A DNA stretch of 64,000 nucleotides from Epiperipatus broadwayi (taxonomy: Eukaryota > Animalia > Onychophora). The stretch covers positions 9,362,001 to 9,426,000 of the forward strand of contig JAQFVV010000010.1 of assembly GCA_028023455.1 (NCBI GenBank). Reading direction: 5' to 3'. The notes beneath the pieces were generated by a model. The model saw only the letters and a list, made by a program, of their open reading frames with translations, had not been told where the DNA came from and made no database searches. Each line of letters opens with the position of its first letter. The stretch's first letter is position 1. The position numbers were made by a program, and so were the translations under genes. This document shows, piece by piece, positions 39,936 through 54,240 of this stretch.

Positions 39936-41330
39936 AAATGATCATGTGATGTTTTGATGATTTTAAACTTTAGATTGTTATCATTGTAAAAGTTCTGGTT
40001 CACTTTGAAATGTATATTTCTAGATTAATAAATGATTAATAATAATCATAAATGTATTTATTTAAAGTGAATAGTGTCAAAGATGATGTTGCAGGAACTT
40101 TATCACTTGTAGATCAAATTATAATAATTATTGAAAATATTTATTTCATGCATTAAGGTTGTTAATTTTGAAATACTTGAAAAACCTCACACAAACAAAT
40201 ATGATTACATAAAAAATATTCACAAGTGATTTATCTTTGTTCCACCTAATTAAAAACTTCTCAATTTTAAAGAGCTTTTAATTGGTGAATTATATATATT
40301 TGTGAGCTATAATTTATCAAACACTGTTGTTATGCAAATTGTAATATTTTTCTTTTATTGTCTAGGTTCCTTAATCAGTGAACTATTCTGGCCTACAAAT
40401 ATTTATGTACAATGTCTAGAAATCTTTTAGAAGGATACACACTGCCATACCTAATAGTAAAACTTAGTATTTTGATAAATTTATTAAATTATATATAAGG
40501 GCTTCATTAATATAAAATAATTGCTAGTCTTGCCCATAATTTTCATCAAATGGCTCTGGAATAATGACCATATTGAAAGCTTTAGACCAATAATATTCAC
40601 TTTGATAAGTTTTTTTATATATAAACTTTCTGATAACCACTAATATATATGTTTGTCATTGATGGATAAGTTAATAAATCAATAGGGTATTGTGGTTAAA
40701 TAATAACACATGATCATCATTACTAATACCTTGACATTCCTTGTTTTTAGAGCAATATCATAAATTGTAATAATATATGAATTTATAATTCATTATAAAA
40801 ATGCTGACTTCATTCCTCTTTCCAATTTATTAGTTTTTTTTCATTCCAATTTTCTATAACATTGTACAATAATTTTGAACTACATAAACGAATGTAGTTA
40901 AGTCAAGTGTGATAACCATCTATATTGTCCACAGTAATATTTTTTTCGTTTTACCATGTTATTAATTCTGTAATCCTAAAGATTTAAATTCTAATTATAG
41001 TCACCTTTAAGTAGAGGCTGATTTGCATTATAAAAATCCAATACTTATGCTTTGTCTTATAGTAAAACTTTTTATACTAAATTAACAAAGACAGTTCCAT
41101 TCTAGCTTCACTGCAAAGAGAATTTGTAAGAATGATCTTTTATTTTCAGCAATTTTATGCTTATTTTAGAAGGCAATCATTAAAAAATGAATAAAAATTC
41201 TACAATAGAAATTTAGTTAAATATGAGTGCAGAAAGATTATAAGATATTGACTGGAATATGTTAATTAACTTCAGTTGATAATAGATGAAATCACTTAAT
41301 TCTTTACCTTACATAATAGATAATAAAACA

Positions 41331-41426
41331 AGAGTAGCTTTCTATTCTAGTGCTATCTACGATACAATTGAATAATTAACGATTTCTCAGCTTTGCTACA
41401 GATGCACTAGAATAGAGAGCTGCTCT
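41331..41426. repeat. 96-bp hairpin/MITE-like element, 23-bp arms (21/23)
   Basis: AGAGTAGCTTTCTATTCTAGTGC ... GCACTAGAATAGAGAGCTGCTCT. Confidence 0.7.
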
Positions 41427-43252
41427 TTTTTCTACTGTTGATTATATTTCTTGTTATGATTATTATTGTATTTTTTATTTTTAATATGATTGCAAATTTT
41501 TTTTTATATTATACTTGATTACTATTTATTTGTATGTTTGTCATAAATTTGTATCTGATATATAAAAAAAATAGATGTCTTACTTTTTTATGTTTTATTT
41601 TTCTGTAATTTTCATTTTATCTTATGATAAAGTATGTAGTAGTTAAATAATATACTAATATATTGCAAAAAAAAAAAAAGAAGTAAATAACATTTTATAA
41701 AATATTTTAAAATATTGTGATTTTATGTTAATTTGGGTTTTGCATATTAATTCACATCATAGAATAGAACATACATGTGAACACAAATGATTATTGTCAA
41801 AAAGTAAAAAAAAAATAATCACAAAAAATATATATATAAGCTTGGCCTATTGTGGAAGAATTTTAAGATAAATGCAGAAATTATTCTAAGGGTAGAGCGA
41901 ATGTTCCTGTAAAAAGGAATATCAGGCAACCAGAAACCAACAAAATATTTTTACTGACTTTCGTTCATATTGAAAATTACAACTATTAACTTTTTTAAAA
42001 AATAAATTATTATTACAACTACAAGTGTTAAATTCTCAAACAATTCTTCTACTGGTTTTAAAAATTCAAAGATTTAGAATAAGTCTGTATATTAAAATTA
42101 ATACATTTATTTGAAAATAATATTTTATATATAATGAGTTCACTTTAAAAGAACTGGATTACAAATTAAGTCGGTATTATCTATAAAAAAAAGTGTATGA
42201 CAATAAAAGCTAAATCCTATTAATAACATAATTTAAGATTAAGTACCGCATATGTATATATATAACTAAGATGGAAGCATCAAGATAAAAAGAAATAAAA
42301 AGTAATAAATTTAGATGCTTTAAGGAGAGTTTTAAAAAAAGTCCTCAATAGTAAGATAATTAAAAAAGTGAAAAAAAAAAGTGAAACATAAATAAGTAAA
42401 GGAAAACTGATTAATATATATAAAATGAGAATAGGAATAAAAGAAATAAAAAAATAAAGAAATGATAGAAAAAATAATCTGATTCAATAAATAGAGCAGA
42501 AAAACTAATAAAGAAAATAGGAAAAAATACATAATCTTTCTTATTATTAATATTTTAATTTCTAGTATAATTGCTTTTTAATTGTTAGAATTTCTCTTCA
42601 AAGGCAAACTCAAAGATCTAAGAAATAGGTAGCACAATGTTTGCCATTGCTTGCCATTAACTATATCTGCTGGACTAGATATTTCAAATTTGTATACCAT
42701 TATTTTTCATTTTATTAGTTGTAACAGAATTTAAACAATCCTAGCAACTTATTTGACTGAATAAATATTTTCCTCACTATTCTTCTATTTAGTATATTTT
42801 TCCCAGATACAAATATACACAATATTTGTATGAGCTCTTTATTTATATCGTTATTGACATATATAATAAATTCTTCCTTACAATAGGCAGTTCCAATTTA
42901 ACATTTTTGCTTATCTTCTAAAATAAATAATTTCAATATTTTAATAATTAGTCTGAAGCATTTTCTGCAAATACATCATAATCATGGCCATGACACATTA
43001 TTCTATATAATCAAGAAGCATGTTTAATATGCAATAATTTTAATCCTATATCATGCAATTTGCTTGTTTGTTGCACTAATGGAATAAGGAAGTTCACAGA
43101 GGAATAGGTAATCACCAATAGTGCAAATGCCATGAATAAAGAAATAGCAGATGCTGGAATACACAGAATTAAACCATTTCATGAGCAAATTTTATTTTTT
43201 CTCCTTCAACTCCATCTATTCTAACTCTGAGCAATTAACAAATACTAGATAA

Positions 43253-43545
43253 TAATAAACAATGAGGATTGCCAATTCCTCAACAAGCTTTGTGATAAAT
43301 GCTTAGCTAGAGAAAGCATTTAAAATATCTCTGTCAGGTCTCCCCCACCCCCAAACCTCTGATCATGGTTTCGTGCTCTGACCATGGTTTCTGCTAGGGT
43401 AGCTAGCACCTCTCTGAGGAGTGCCAGAGCAAAAAATCATGGTCAGAGGTTTGGGGGGTCCTGACAGAGATATTTTAAATGCTTTCTCTAGATAAGCATT
43501 TATCACAAAGCTTGTTGAGGAATTGGTAATCCTCAATGTTTATTA
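43253..43545. mobile_element. HHR family B palindrome
   Basis: Outer arms 43253-43338 / 43460-43545 (83/86); inner arms 43349-43380 / 43425-43456. Plus core ACCTCT-CTGAGGA (43414-20)-GTGC-CAGA-GCA[AA]AAA-TCATGGTC^AGAGGT. Confidence 0.85.
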
Positions 43546-44235
43546 CTTACAAGCTTAAGAGAATAGGGTCATGTGATCTATGACTCTTATTTTGACTATT
43601 TACTAGATAATAATGCTTATTAAATTCAGTTCTCTGACAATGTAGAATAAACTTATAGACCAATAAACTAATTATTAAGAGCATTGGAATTATTTACTCT
43701 GCAAGATAAATATTAAACTAATTGTCATAAGTATATGATTTTGATATTTACTTGATCATTGTGGGTGACAATAGTTTATTTATTTTAAGACCTCATAATC
43801 TTAAATTATTATTCCACCTAACACTGAAACATTAATGTAAATAAGTTCTTGATTATTCATATATATATATATATATATATAAGGTTCTTTATTCTTGAAG
43901 GTATTCTGACAATGAAATAGTGGATATATACATTTATATTGACAGTTTACAGAAAACTTGTCTATTTCCAGTTATATTACATTTATATGCTTAGTCTTGT
44001 GTTTATGACTTCTATTTATCAATTATAAAGATTGTTAAAAATTAGATTTTGTCACTTAACTTTATTTTATTATAATAAAGAAAAAAAAAACTTTATTTTA
44101 TTGAATGAATTGAAATTAATAATGTCATGTTTACATCTGGTTTAAGTTTGAACTTCACCCTTAATTCTAGAATTTGTCAAAAGATTAAGCTTCATTAAAA
44201 TCTGAGACTCTAAATAATAAAAATCTTTTTTTTTT

Positions 44236-44339
44236 CACATGTCATAGCATCAGCCGGAAGGCGAACCCACAACATCCGTCTGCAAACAATTGTTTGCTTG
44301 CAAGGCGACTGCGCTGACCTCTCGACTAACAACTCTTGC
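44236..44339 (-). mobile_element. tRNA-Gly(TCC)-derived SINE copy 2 (extended variable region)
   Basis: Homologous to copy 1. Carries the extra hairpin GCAAACAATTGTTTGC and an A-tail. Confidence 0.75.
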
Positions 44340-47300
44340 ATTTTTTTCTTGAAAGTTTTCCAACAATGAGAAAGAACTCATGAAAATTTATCATACACAC
44401 ATATATAAATGTTTATTCTAATAATTTTAAAAAGTGAATAAATAACTTTAAGGTTTATCGAATACTAATAATATAAATCTATTCACGAATAAGCAACTCT
44501 GAAAATGTTACTATAATAATTTGCAAGCCGGATCCCTAAATAATTATTTAAATGAACTTTCTTATCTCAATGACAAATAAATTGGCATCAATATAAGAAA
44601 AAATAGGCATTATTTGCAAGTTAATTTTTATAGTAATAATTTCAGACCTATAAATATTTGTATCTAAATAAATATATTTGTTAACAGTGTTTGGTTTATT
44701 AATCAAAATCAGAAATTAAATTTTTGTTGGTAAGAATGCTGTATTTATTATATTGTATATATAATTTTAAATAAACAGCATTAATAACAAACAATTAAAA
44801 AATTAAATTGTAGAAAATTAATAAATAATAACAATAAATAAAAAAGCCAGACCGATACATTTGAATGATGTTAGAGTCGCATTATTATATATGAATCTGT
44901 AAGCTTTTGCTTCCCAGTATTGTAATAACTGTCCATATGTAGTAAAAGCTTAAAGTAGTAAATATAAATGAAAAACTAAATTTTTAATGTTATTATTTTG
45001 ATAGAACTTAATCTAATTTTAATTATGGCATTGTGATATGTTATTGTTGCATTGTAGTGCGCATGTCAGATATGCCTGTTGTTTTTAGCATAACACACAT
45101 AAATATATCACTGACATAATCAGTGCCAATGGGTAGATTCAGTTCAAACGATTTTTATGCATTAATGTAACATGTTAATTTGAATATTTTATGCAGACTG
45201 GACAAGCATAAGTCACAATAAAACTTGAATGTCATCTTTAGGAATCAAATTGGAAAACATGTAACTAAATTAACTATTTTAAAAAAAAAAAACTAGAAAA
45301 GGCAGGTTTTAAAAGTGAAAATGGAGGCATTTTCCTCATGAAAAATTAATGTAAGTGTTGAAGGCCTTAATAAAATCAGACAGTAAAGAAAAAACTGTGG
45401 AAATTTTGGCACAAATTTCACAATGAATGATAAGTGCAATTTTTTTAAAGATAACAAAGTAAACAATATTATATGAATTTGTCAACAAATATGTAGTAAG
45501 TTTGATAAGATTCAATAAAAATTCTTAGATAAAATTTATTAAACAATTTTAACAGGATCAGAGTGTGTAACTGTATCTTGTTATCCATTTGAATTCTTGC
45601 ACAGAAACAAAAAAAATATATATTTTTTAGATGAAATGATGATAAATGAAATTTTTTCAGCTTTGAATATTTTGTTTTAAAATGATAAATAAAAAACCAT
45701 AAAGATATTTTATCAAAAGATGAAGATTTTCAATTTATTTATTTTTATATATGGATTTATTTTTTAGGTAGCTTAACTATTAAAAAAATGTTATAGAAAA
45801 GAATTTATAGACATTCCAACCAGGAGATGAATTCAGTAGTTACCTTATTAAGTTCTTCAGTTCTGCTATTACAGTATATATTAGATAGTTGTTAACTTTG
45901 TAGATCATGGTTTACGTTTCTCATAGCTTTCTGCAATCCATTCTGCAAATAGAATCCACTGGCCATGCAAAATGAATTAACTCCACATGAAAACAGACTT
46001 TATCTTGATGAACTCTGGATTAAAGAAAATAAATTATGGACGAAAAAATCTTCAATTAAGCCACTAAACAATTGACTGTCAAATGTAAGATTTTTCTATT
46101 AATAGCAAAAATCAATTGATTTAAAAATTGAAAAATTAACTTCTTTTTAAGCTTTAGATGAGTCATGAGCTATAAAAGGGACAGTCCAAATAACGCATTG
46201 GTCATATTTTGTCTTTAAAGAATTTCCAAATTTCTAAATAATTATTGTTATTTTGTGGCATAATAAATCAACCATGTAGTGTAGATATTTTTAAATATTT
46301 TACATCAAACAAAAATGAATTCTAACTAGATATGAAAATTTAGTTTCTGTCCCAACAAAGTGTTCTCCTGCTCTGATAAGTAAAAAAGAAATGAATTTAT
46401 TTGATTTTAAAAAAACTAACTGATGTGTTTCTCATTGTTTCTATTCATTATATATCAAAAAAGTACAGAAATGTTTGTTAAACTATTTTAAGATTCATTA
46501 CCAATTAGAAAATTGTTAAAAGAAATATATTATGAATGAATTTAATAATTTTATATTTGTTCTTGGGTTGAGCCATAATTTTTTTTAGCATCAATTAAAA
46601 TATTTTTTAAATAAAAAGAATGTTTGCCAAATATTCAATAAAGTCAAAAAAAAAATGTCAGTATGATTTATTCATTCTCTCCAATATCAGATTTCATACA
46701 AACAAATTAAATTTGACACTCCAAAAATAATAACTTATGTCCTAACTAACCATGTATAAGAATTCATATTGAAACTGATAGTTTTTCAGCTTACAAATTA
46801 ATAATAATATTGCATAAAAATTGACAATTCCAATATGCATTTCCATAAATTTAATTATTGTATCTTTCTAATTCTATATATACATGTGTGTATATTATAA
46901 TGGATCCAAAACAACAGAAACACATACATAAAGTAATATATGTGGAATGGTTGCATGTACATAGACTTATGAATATGTCTATGGTTACTTTAGCAATGAG
47001 AATGATTAAGTTACATTATAAAGTCATTTGTACTAAGCATAATTGAATCAAATTTTTTATTTATGATTATTATGATCAGATCAATTCATGTTAGTGCATT
47101 GTATGCACCAGCCATAAATAAAATAGTATTCCATATGTGTTTAAATTTTAAATATGACACCCAGCAATGTTAGAGAATTGTTTTATATTATTACACTCAA
47201 ACCCTGGACACCATCCATATAATTACAAAAAATATATATAGAGAGAATTCACACATGCATATCAAATTCAACTGTTGCCCAGCAGTAGCTTCATTGAATA

Positions 47301-47583
47301 GCAAGATATGGCCAAATATAAGTATAAGAGTAAAATGTATTAATGTCTAATCTATTATTTAAAGAAATTCATTAAAATTCAAAAATAATGATTAACAATT
47401 TTATTAATTAGTCAAAATTATAATTTTAAAGAATATATTAATATAATATAGATTATTATATGTGATTGTGGTATTATTTTAAATAAAATACATTAAAACA
47501 ATCTTTCAGAAATATTACTAACTTCATCACTTCTTTTATTTTTCTGTAATATCTTATATAAATGCTATTTATCCACCACTTTG

Positions 47584-47766
47584 AATACTTTTTAGCAAAA
47601 ATCTTTTATTGAACCTATATGCACGCACAATCTTATGTTTCACTGGTTTTTTTATCTTAAAAAAATTAAAATAAAATGGCTCTGAAGAAGACTGCAGGAC
47701 AATCGAAAAACATAAGATTGTGTACGCATATAGATACAATAAATGGTTTTTGCTAAAAAGTGTTTA
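47584..47766. mobile_element. HHR family D core with inverted duplication of its 3' flank
   Basis: CTGAAGA (47682-88)-A-GACTG-CAGGA-CAATC-GAAA. Arms ~47584-47641 / 47707-47766. Confidence 0.65.
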
Positions 47767-48059
47767 TATAAAATAATCTTTGCTTTTTTTTTTTTATAAA
47801 ATAGTATTTCCTTTTTTTAGTAACAAAATTAATAGTTCAGTTTTATTTTTGTCAGAATCAGAAGCAAATTAAATAATCTATGTATTATATAGCTCTTTTG
47901 ACTAAATAATTCATTTTAAAATATCAAGAACATTATTACTTGTTTCTTGACATTTTAATAATTTTAAATTTTTATTTATTATTTATATAAATAATTGGTG
48001 TGTGTACATGTATTCTTTTTTTATATAAGTTAAATATATATGCACCCATTTTTACTGAT

Positions 48060-48350
48060 ACATTGCATTACGTGCAGAGAGATATTATTGGAAGAATCCT
48101 AGACTATCTGGGGTCTCTTACATTGATAGTTTTACATATTAGTTCACAGATATTTCATTATGCCCCGACAAAACAGACTGTGGATGGAGGAGTAAATCAT
48201 AACTGATTTAATGGGCTGTCCACAATTTACTCATTTTTAAAGAAAAACAAGGACCACTTCAAGCATGGCTTAATCTTTGAGATGAGTGTATAATTGCTAA
48301 CAGGATTAACTAGTTATAGATATGCCCACACTACTACTCATACATTGCAT
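48060..48350 (+). pseudogene. Possible Gypsy integrase-core relic
   Basis: HYAPTKQTVDGGVNHN loosely resembles YHPQTDGQ.ER.N, with a downstream YRYAHTTT. Very decayed. Confidence 0.25.
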
Positions 48351-49614
48351 TATTTGGAGACAATATTGTCTTAGTATGAAAGTATATATGTGTGGTGGTG
48401 GTGGGGGAATTGGAAGTCATATTAATCTTAACCTAATTAATCAGATCCGTTTATTCAAAATACATCTTAGAAGATATTATCGTGTTCTCCACTCTTAATG
48501 TTTTCATCTATATTTTGAAATATAAAAGTAAGAGTGATAGCAATTTCTAAAAATATATGTAATATACAAAAGAACCCTTACAATTTAAAAGTTTTTTCGT
48601 CTCCAACTATTGAACTTTTCATTTAAACTGAGGGTTGGCTGGAAAATAACCAAAAATGGTACTGCCCCATTGTTCAATTTATATAATAGTATTCTTGACA
48701 TGAGATGTGATTGAAGATCAAGGTTAAAACATTATATAAACAAACCAATAAAGCAAACATAATTACTAATAACAAATAATAGTCACTTAATTTAACAAAG
48801 CTAATGATATCTATTTCATTAATTCTTACATTGTATTTTTTTAATTTGTTAAGTTTTCTTTATTTGCTATGATGGTTTGCTAATTTCTTAAATTAATTTT
48901 ATATACATATTCTCCTTTTTAACAAAAGGTTAGTAGTACTTGGCAAAATAAGTTTCTACCTTATCTTAAATCATAGTTTAATAAGCATAATAATTATATG
49001 AATAAGATTAGGGGTTAATGCAAATATTAATAATAACAAAATAAGTACATTAAGGATTAGAGTTTAATTTGATGAAGTTTTAAGAAAGAATACAATATGA
49101 GAAGTTAGTTTGCAGTTTGAATTGCTATTAATAATGCAAATCTCACATAATGTTTTCATTTTCTAATACAAAGTCAGTACAAATTTCGGCCAGTTCTGGT
49201 TGTTAAAAGATTAGTAAAACATTTTATGATTATAAGCAAAAAAAAAACTCAAGCTTGGAACAGATAACTACCTGAACGCATACCTTTTTCTTGGCACCAC
49301 TCAATAATTCTTTGTACATTTCAGATCGAAGGTAACGAGAGTAACTATCACTCTTCATTAAATTATATATATGTTCCTTAAAATATATATATATTGTTTT
49401 TACTTAAAGAGAAGAAAAAATAATAATTTTAACAATATAAAAGTTTTAAATTAAAATGGTAAATCAGCTATACCTTATTAATTGTACAATTAATAATTAT
49501 TATGAATAATTGAAATTCAAAATATAATAAATTAAAAATAATTAAAATAAATACATAAAACATTATAATTAATATACTTTATAACCAAAAACTAATATTT
49601 ATATTACAATTTAT

Positions 49615-49860
49615 ATTACATGATCACCTTCTCTATACTAGCACATAATTGTTGTAAACAAAGGCAAAACTCTCCATACAGTAGTGCCACCCTGTGCCAA
49701 ACAGAGTAATCACTGGATGCCAGAAACTAGTCTGGGGATATTGGATGAGTAGGCACTAGATAGGGATTTTATGCACAAGCCTTCTGGCATCCAGTGATTA
49801 CTCTGTTTGGCACAGGGTGGCACTACTGTATGGAGAGTTTTGCCTTTGTTTACAACAATT
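49615..49860. mobile_element. HHR family A perfect palindrome (79/79-bp arms, 56-nt loop)
   Basis: Arms 49647-49725 / 49782-49860. The loop starts at the 3' half of the ribozyme (GAAACTAGTC^TGGGG). Confidence 0.9.
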
Positions 49861-51739
49861 TATATTGTTATTATAATCTATAATATTTAAACAGCATTAA
49901 ACTGTTGCATATGTGCTTTGGATTTTAAATATAAAATGAATGAATACTAACACTTCAACAACCACATGATAAAGTCTTTGGAAAAGATAGTATTATAATG
50001 CAAAAATACATAAATTAAGGTAATATTAACAATTAATAAAATATAAATTTATATAAATTAATTATTGTTATAAATAGAGTGTAATGTACTGGAACATATA
50101 AATCAGGAATACATATTCATCTTACTCTTCATGTTTCTTTTTATTTTTTGCAACATTAGTATAGTAATTGAATATTTCTAACATATGATTTTTTTATGTA
50201 ATTATATTTATAATCATTAACAATTAAATACAGTAATCAAATACATAAAATATGCTTTTAATTTATACTAATCATGATTTATCTAAAATTATTTTAATCT
50301 TTTGTGATATTAAAACTTTTTTTGTATTTGTTTTTAAGTAATGATTCATAATATTTTCTCATTATTTTATATTCCAAAGGTATTTTATTGATTAATCAAA
50401 AGATTACATTCTGTTTTCTTGATACACATCTAAACTGTACAGAAATTAGAAGTTATTTGTAGATAATACAACAAAAACAGTACTAAATTATTCTTCTGTC
50501 ATTTTGAAGGTACTTATATAATGTTAGTGACCCAGGTTCTGCCTCATATGAAGGATATTTTTATCTCTTGCTAAAGCTGTTTAATGTGTTGAAAAAGATA
50601 TTTGAATGTCTTCTTGGGCTATGACTGTGCATAAATCTGCATCTTGTACACCATAATACCTATAATATGAAGGTACTTGCCTATTGTCAGCAATATCTTT
50701 TGAATCTGAAGAAATGTAAGGTGGACAGAGAATCCAGGTTTAATTTGATTAGGAAATCAAAGCATTTTGGTCCAAATGACCAAAATCTGAATTTCCTAAT
50801 AAGTAGCTTGTTTTAAATTTAATATTATTTTCTTCACAGTCCTTTTTAATTGTTGATAGGTAATTTCATAAACTTCTTAGTTTGTGAATTTTTTCATTGG
50901 GTGACAATAGGAGAAATTTAGGATTCAATGTAATGGAGATATTAAATTTTTAAAATATCCATATCAGGGAGTGGTCTGCTGTGAGTGTAATTTTTGCCAC
51001 AGTTATTAGATGGGAGTATACTTTTACACAAAAAGAAATTAGATTTATGATTTTTTATATTTTAAATATATTAATATTATAAAGTTTTAAGCTATTTTGT
51101 ATTAATGGTTGTTGAAGATTACTGATAGAAATGGATGTTTTCTTTCTATACATAGAATTAGTATTATTGGAAAAAGCTTTTATAAATAGTATAATGAGAG
51201 AATAGTATGTGATCTTTGTAATTATGAGTAAATTGAACAATGTTATTTTTGAATAAAATGAAAAGATTTTGAAAATGAGTTAATGGTTTTTAAAATTTTG
51301 TCTCTTAAGTTTTTCTAAATTTGTGTGTGCATTGCTGAAGAGCTCATATAGAATGGAAAACCTAAGAATGGATTTAACTGTCCTTTAAAGAATCATTTAT
51401 TCATTTTCTCAGTACAGATAGACTAGGTGCATGACATTTCTATATTAAATACAAGCTTGTATTTATTTGAATAATCTGCCAATATTTTTTGGAATATGGG
51501 GATTTGATTTTGTAAAGAGAAAAAAACAGACATCATCCATTTAAAAAATGCAAGCAATATTTGCTTTTAATTCAAGAATATGTATTCTAGACAGTTCTTG
51601 TTTAATTTTTGTTAGTAATGGATTTATATAGCATGTGAAAAGGAGAGCACTGACAAGTGAGTTTTGAGGTATCGAATAATGAGGGACAAAAGGCAAAGAG
51701 TATTTACCATTTGATGTGATATGAATATCTCTGTTGAAT

Positions 51740-52270
51740 AGGAGATTAGTAACTACAAAGGGAAATTATTATACTATTAATGTATTTTCTAGATTCTTAA
51801 TCAGGTGGTCAACAGGGACATTGTCAAACACCACAATATATCTTTTTTTCTTCTACTGGTTGAATTACTATTTTAAAAAGAAAGACTGCTTAGCCAGTGG
51901 AAACTCCTTACTTTACAAATTTTATTTTAGACAACTCTTGCAAAAAATATGGTTCAACAATTCCAGGAAATTTAATGCCAAATGGTCATAGAGATAGGTC
52001 TTAAATTTGTAATCATGGAGATCTTTTCTTACTTTTTGATAAATGAGATTATTGATATAGGCTATAAGCCATGGATATGGTGATAATTTTTTAATAGAAA
52101 ATTAGCCATGTTTAAGAGAAATTTGCTGTAAATTGGCTCAAATAACTATACAGAAAAGGAAGAATGCCATGCATATCAGGTTAACTTGTGACTGGTATCA
52201 AAGCTAAAAATTCATGCAAATTTACGGTCATTTTTAGGTCTACCCAGAAAATTTTTGGCGGAGTTAAATA
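51740..52270 (+). pseudogene. Ty3/Gypsy RT relic
   Basis: KGNYYTINVFSRFLIR (G.KYF..LDL...F.QI), LMPNGH (MPFGL) and NLRSFLGLPRKF in the correct order. Confidence 0.45.
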
Positions 52271-52736
52271 GTTTCTGTATTTTGTAATTTGTTTTTTTTA
52301 AATAAATATATATGCATAATAAAATGTTAATATCAGAGATGATATAAATATCTTTAATTAAAATGATCGACACAAAGCCCAATGAATATATTTCCTAGAC
52401 CAGGTGTGTGGTCTAGCAATAAAATCTTTCTTTTTTTGTTGCTATGTATTTATTTAGAGTATCACACATAATTTTGTATTCTTTCCTCGGTGCACTTATT
52501 CTAGTACAGTCTTCACTTATTAAAGTTGTGTTAATAATTTGTTTATGTAATTTATCTGACAGGGCAAGAAGTCTCAACAGTGGGGGATTAAATCAAGTGA
52601 TATGATCTATGGCATGTGTTACAATGTTAACAAAAGCAATTAGGTTTGTACTGGACTAATTTAATTTTTCATTATTTTATTTTCATATATTAATGATTTT
52701 TTTATTATCACAAATTATTATTATTATTATTTTTAA

Positions 52737-52825
52737 GTGTCATAGCATCGGCCGGGACACGAACCCGCAACCCGGGAAACTGCCTGCAAAGCAGTCGCGC
52801 TGACTTCTCGTCCACCAATGCAAGA
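52737..52825 (-). mobile_element. tRNA-Gly(TCC)-derived SINE copy 3
   Basis: GCATTGGTGGACGAG...ACTGC-TTTGCAG-GCAGT...GGGTTCGTGTCCCGGCCGATGC, with an (AAT)n tail. Confidence 0.8.
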
Positions 52826-53344
52826 CATCACAAATTATTTTATGTTCTATATTTGCAAAATGCATAAATAGTGCAGATTTTATATCAGTCATCACATAAT
52901 CATGTTATATTCTTTTTCTCTTTCTTCCATTGACTTTACTATATAATAAATGTATATTTCTTCACATATTATATATTTCATTTTATGTACTACAGCAATT
53001 TTTTTTATATTTCTAATTTATATAGTGTTGTTTATCGAATAATAATATTTTTTACTATTTGTTCATGTAATTTCATATTCTTTTATTCAATTTTTTTGCT
53101 TTATTATGTATTGTTTTTGAATATCATTTCCTCTTTTTGTCACATTTCTATATTTATTATTAAATATTTCATTATATATTTAGTATTATATCATTGATAT
53201 ATATATATATAAATGAGTGTGAGAATTATCCATGTAAATAACTAGAAAAAATGTTTAGCAATGTTCTTACTAGGTAACAGCCAAATGAAATTGACATTCC
53301 AAGTTACACCATTTGTTGTACCAGCTAAAAATAGCTTTTTCCCC

Positions 53345-53448
53345 ATATGTCATAGCATTGGCCAGGAGACAAACCCGCAATAACCATCTGCAACCAACTG
53401 CTTGCTTGGAAGGCAGCTGTGCTGAACTCTTGGCTAACAATGCTTGTC
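53345..53448 (-). mobile_element. tRNA-Gly(TCC)-derived SINE copy 4 (extended variable region)
   Basis: Retains AGCACAGCTGCCTTCCAAGCA, the Gly-TCC anticodon arm. Confidence 0.8.
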
Positions 53449-53499
53449 ATAGTTTACTTATAAACTATAATCATTGCAAAAAGAAATCTCTTGGTAATA

Positions 53500-54200
53500 A
53501 TTATTTAAATGTTGTGTTAATATATCATTGGTCTCCTTAAATTTTTAATTGCAGCCAATGTTTGATATTTAATGAATGAATTTTTGTGATATCTCTTATG
53601 CTAACATTTTTAGTGTTATATTTTTTAAATGTAGATTTATTATTGTTCGTGTATATTACCATATCCAAAAAATTTATTGAATTATTTAACTCTTCATTAG
53701 TAAATTTAATATGTTTAATATTATTAAACTTTGTAAAATATATTATTAATTTTTCTTTTATTTCCAATTTTTATTCTATCATCAGTATCTCTATTGTTGG
53801 CAATATTCTTTTTATTTATATACTTATTGATTATATTTGTTTCCATATAGTTTGTAAAAAGTAATGTTACAATGTAAATCTCATAACAATCACTATTAGT
53901 TTTCCAATATATATCCTTATATCTAAAATATAAAGTTTTACCAATTAGTCATAAATATATTTGTATGAATAATATATAACTATAGACTTTCTTTTTTGTA
54001 AAATTTTAATTATTGTATCAATAGTTTTTTTATAAGATATTCTTGGATGCATTTGTTCTATACTAAATGAATATATTTTTTAATTTCTGGTATGGTTTAT
54101 TCCATTTATTTTTCTAATAATTTCTCGCAAATTTTTGATAGTAAATTGTGTAAATCCCAGTAAATTTTTTAATTACTTTATTAATATATTTGCATAAATT
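53500..54200 (-). pseudogene. Second, very decayed Penelope-like RT fragment
   Basis: IKFTNEELNNSINFLDMVIY matches the PLE IKFT.E.E.N..L.FLDV.I motif. Confidence 0.5.
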
Positions 54201-54240
54201 TTAAAGTACACATTAATTAAAATTATTTATTTTTTAGACA

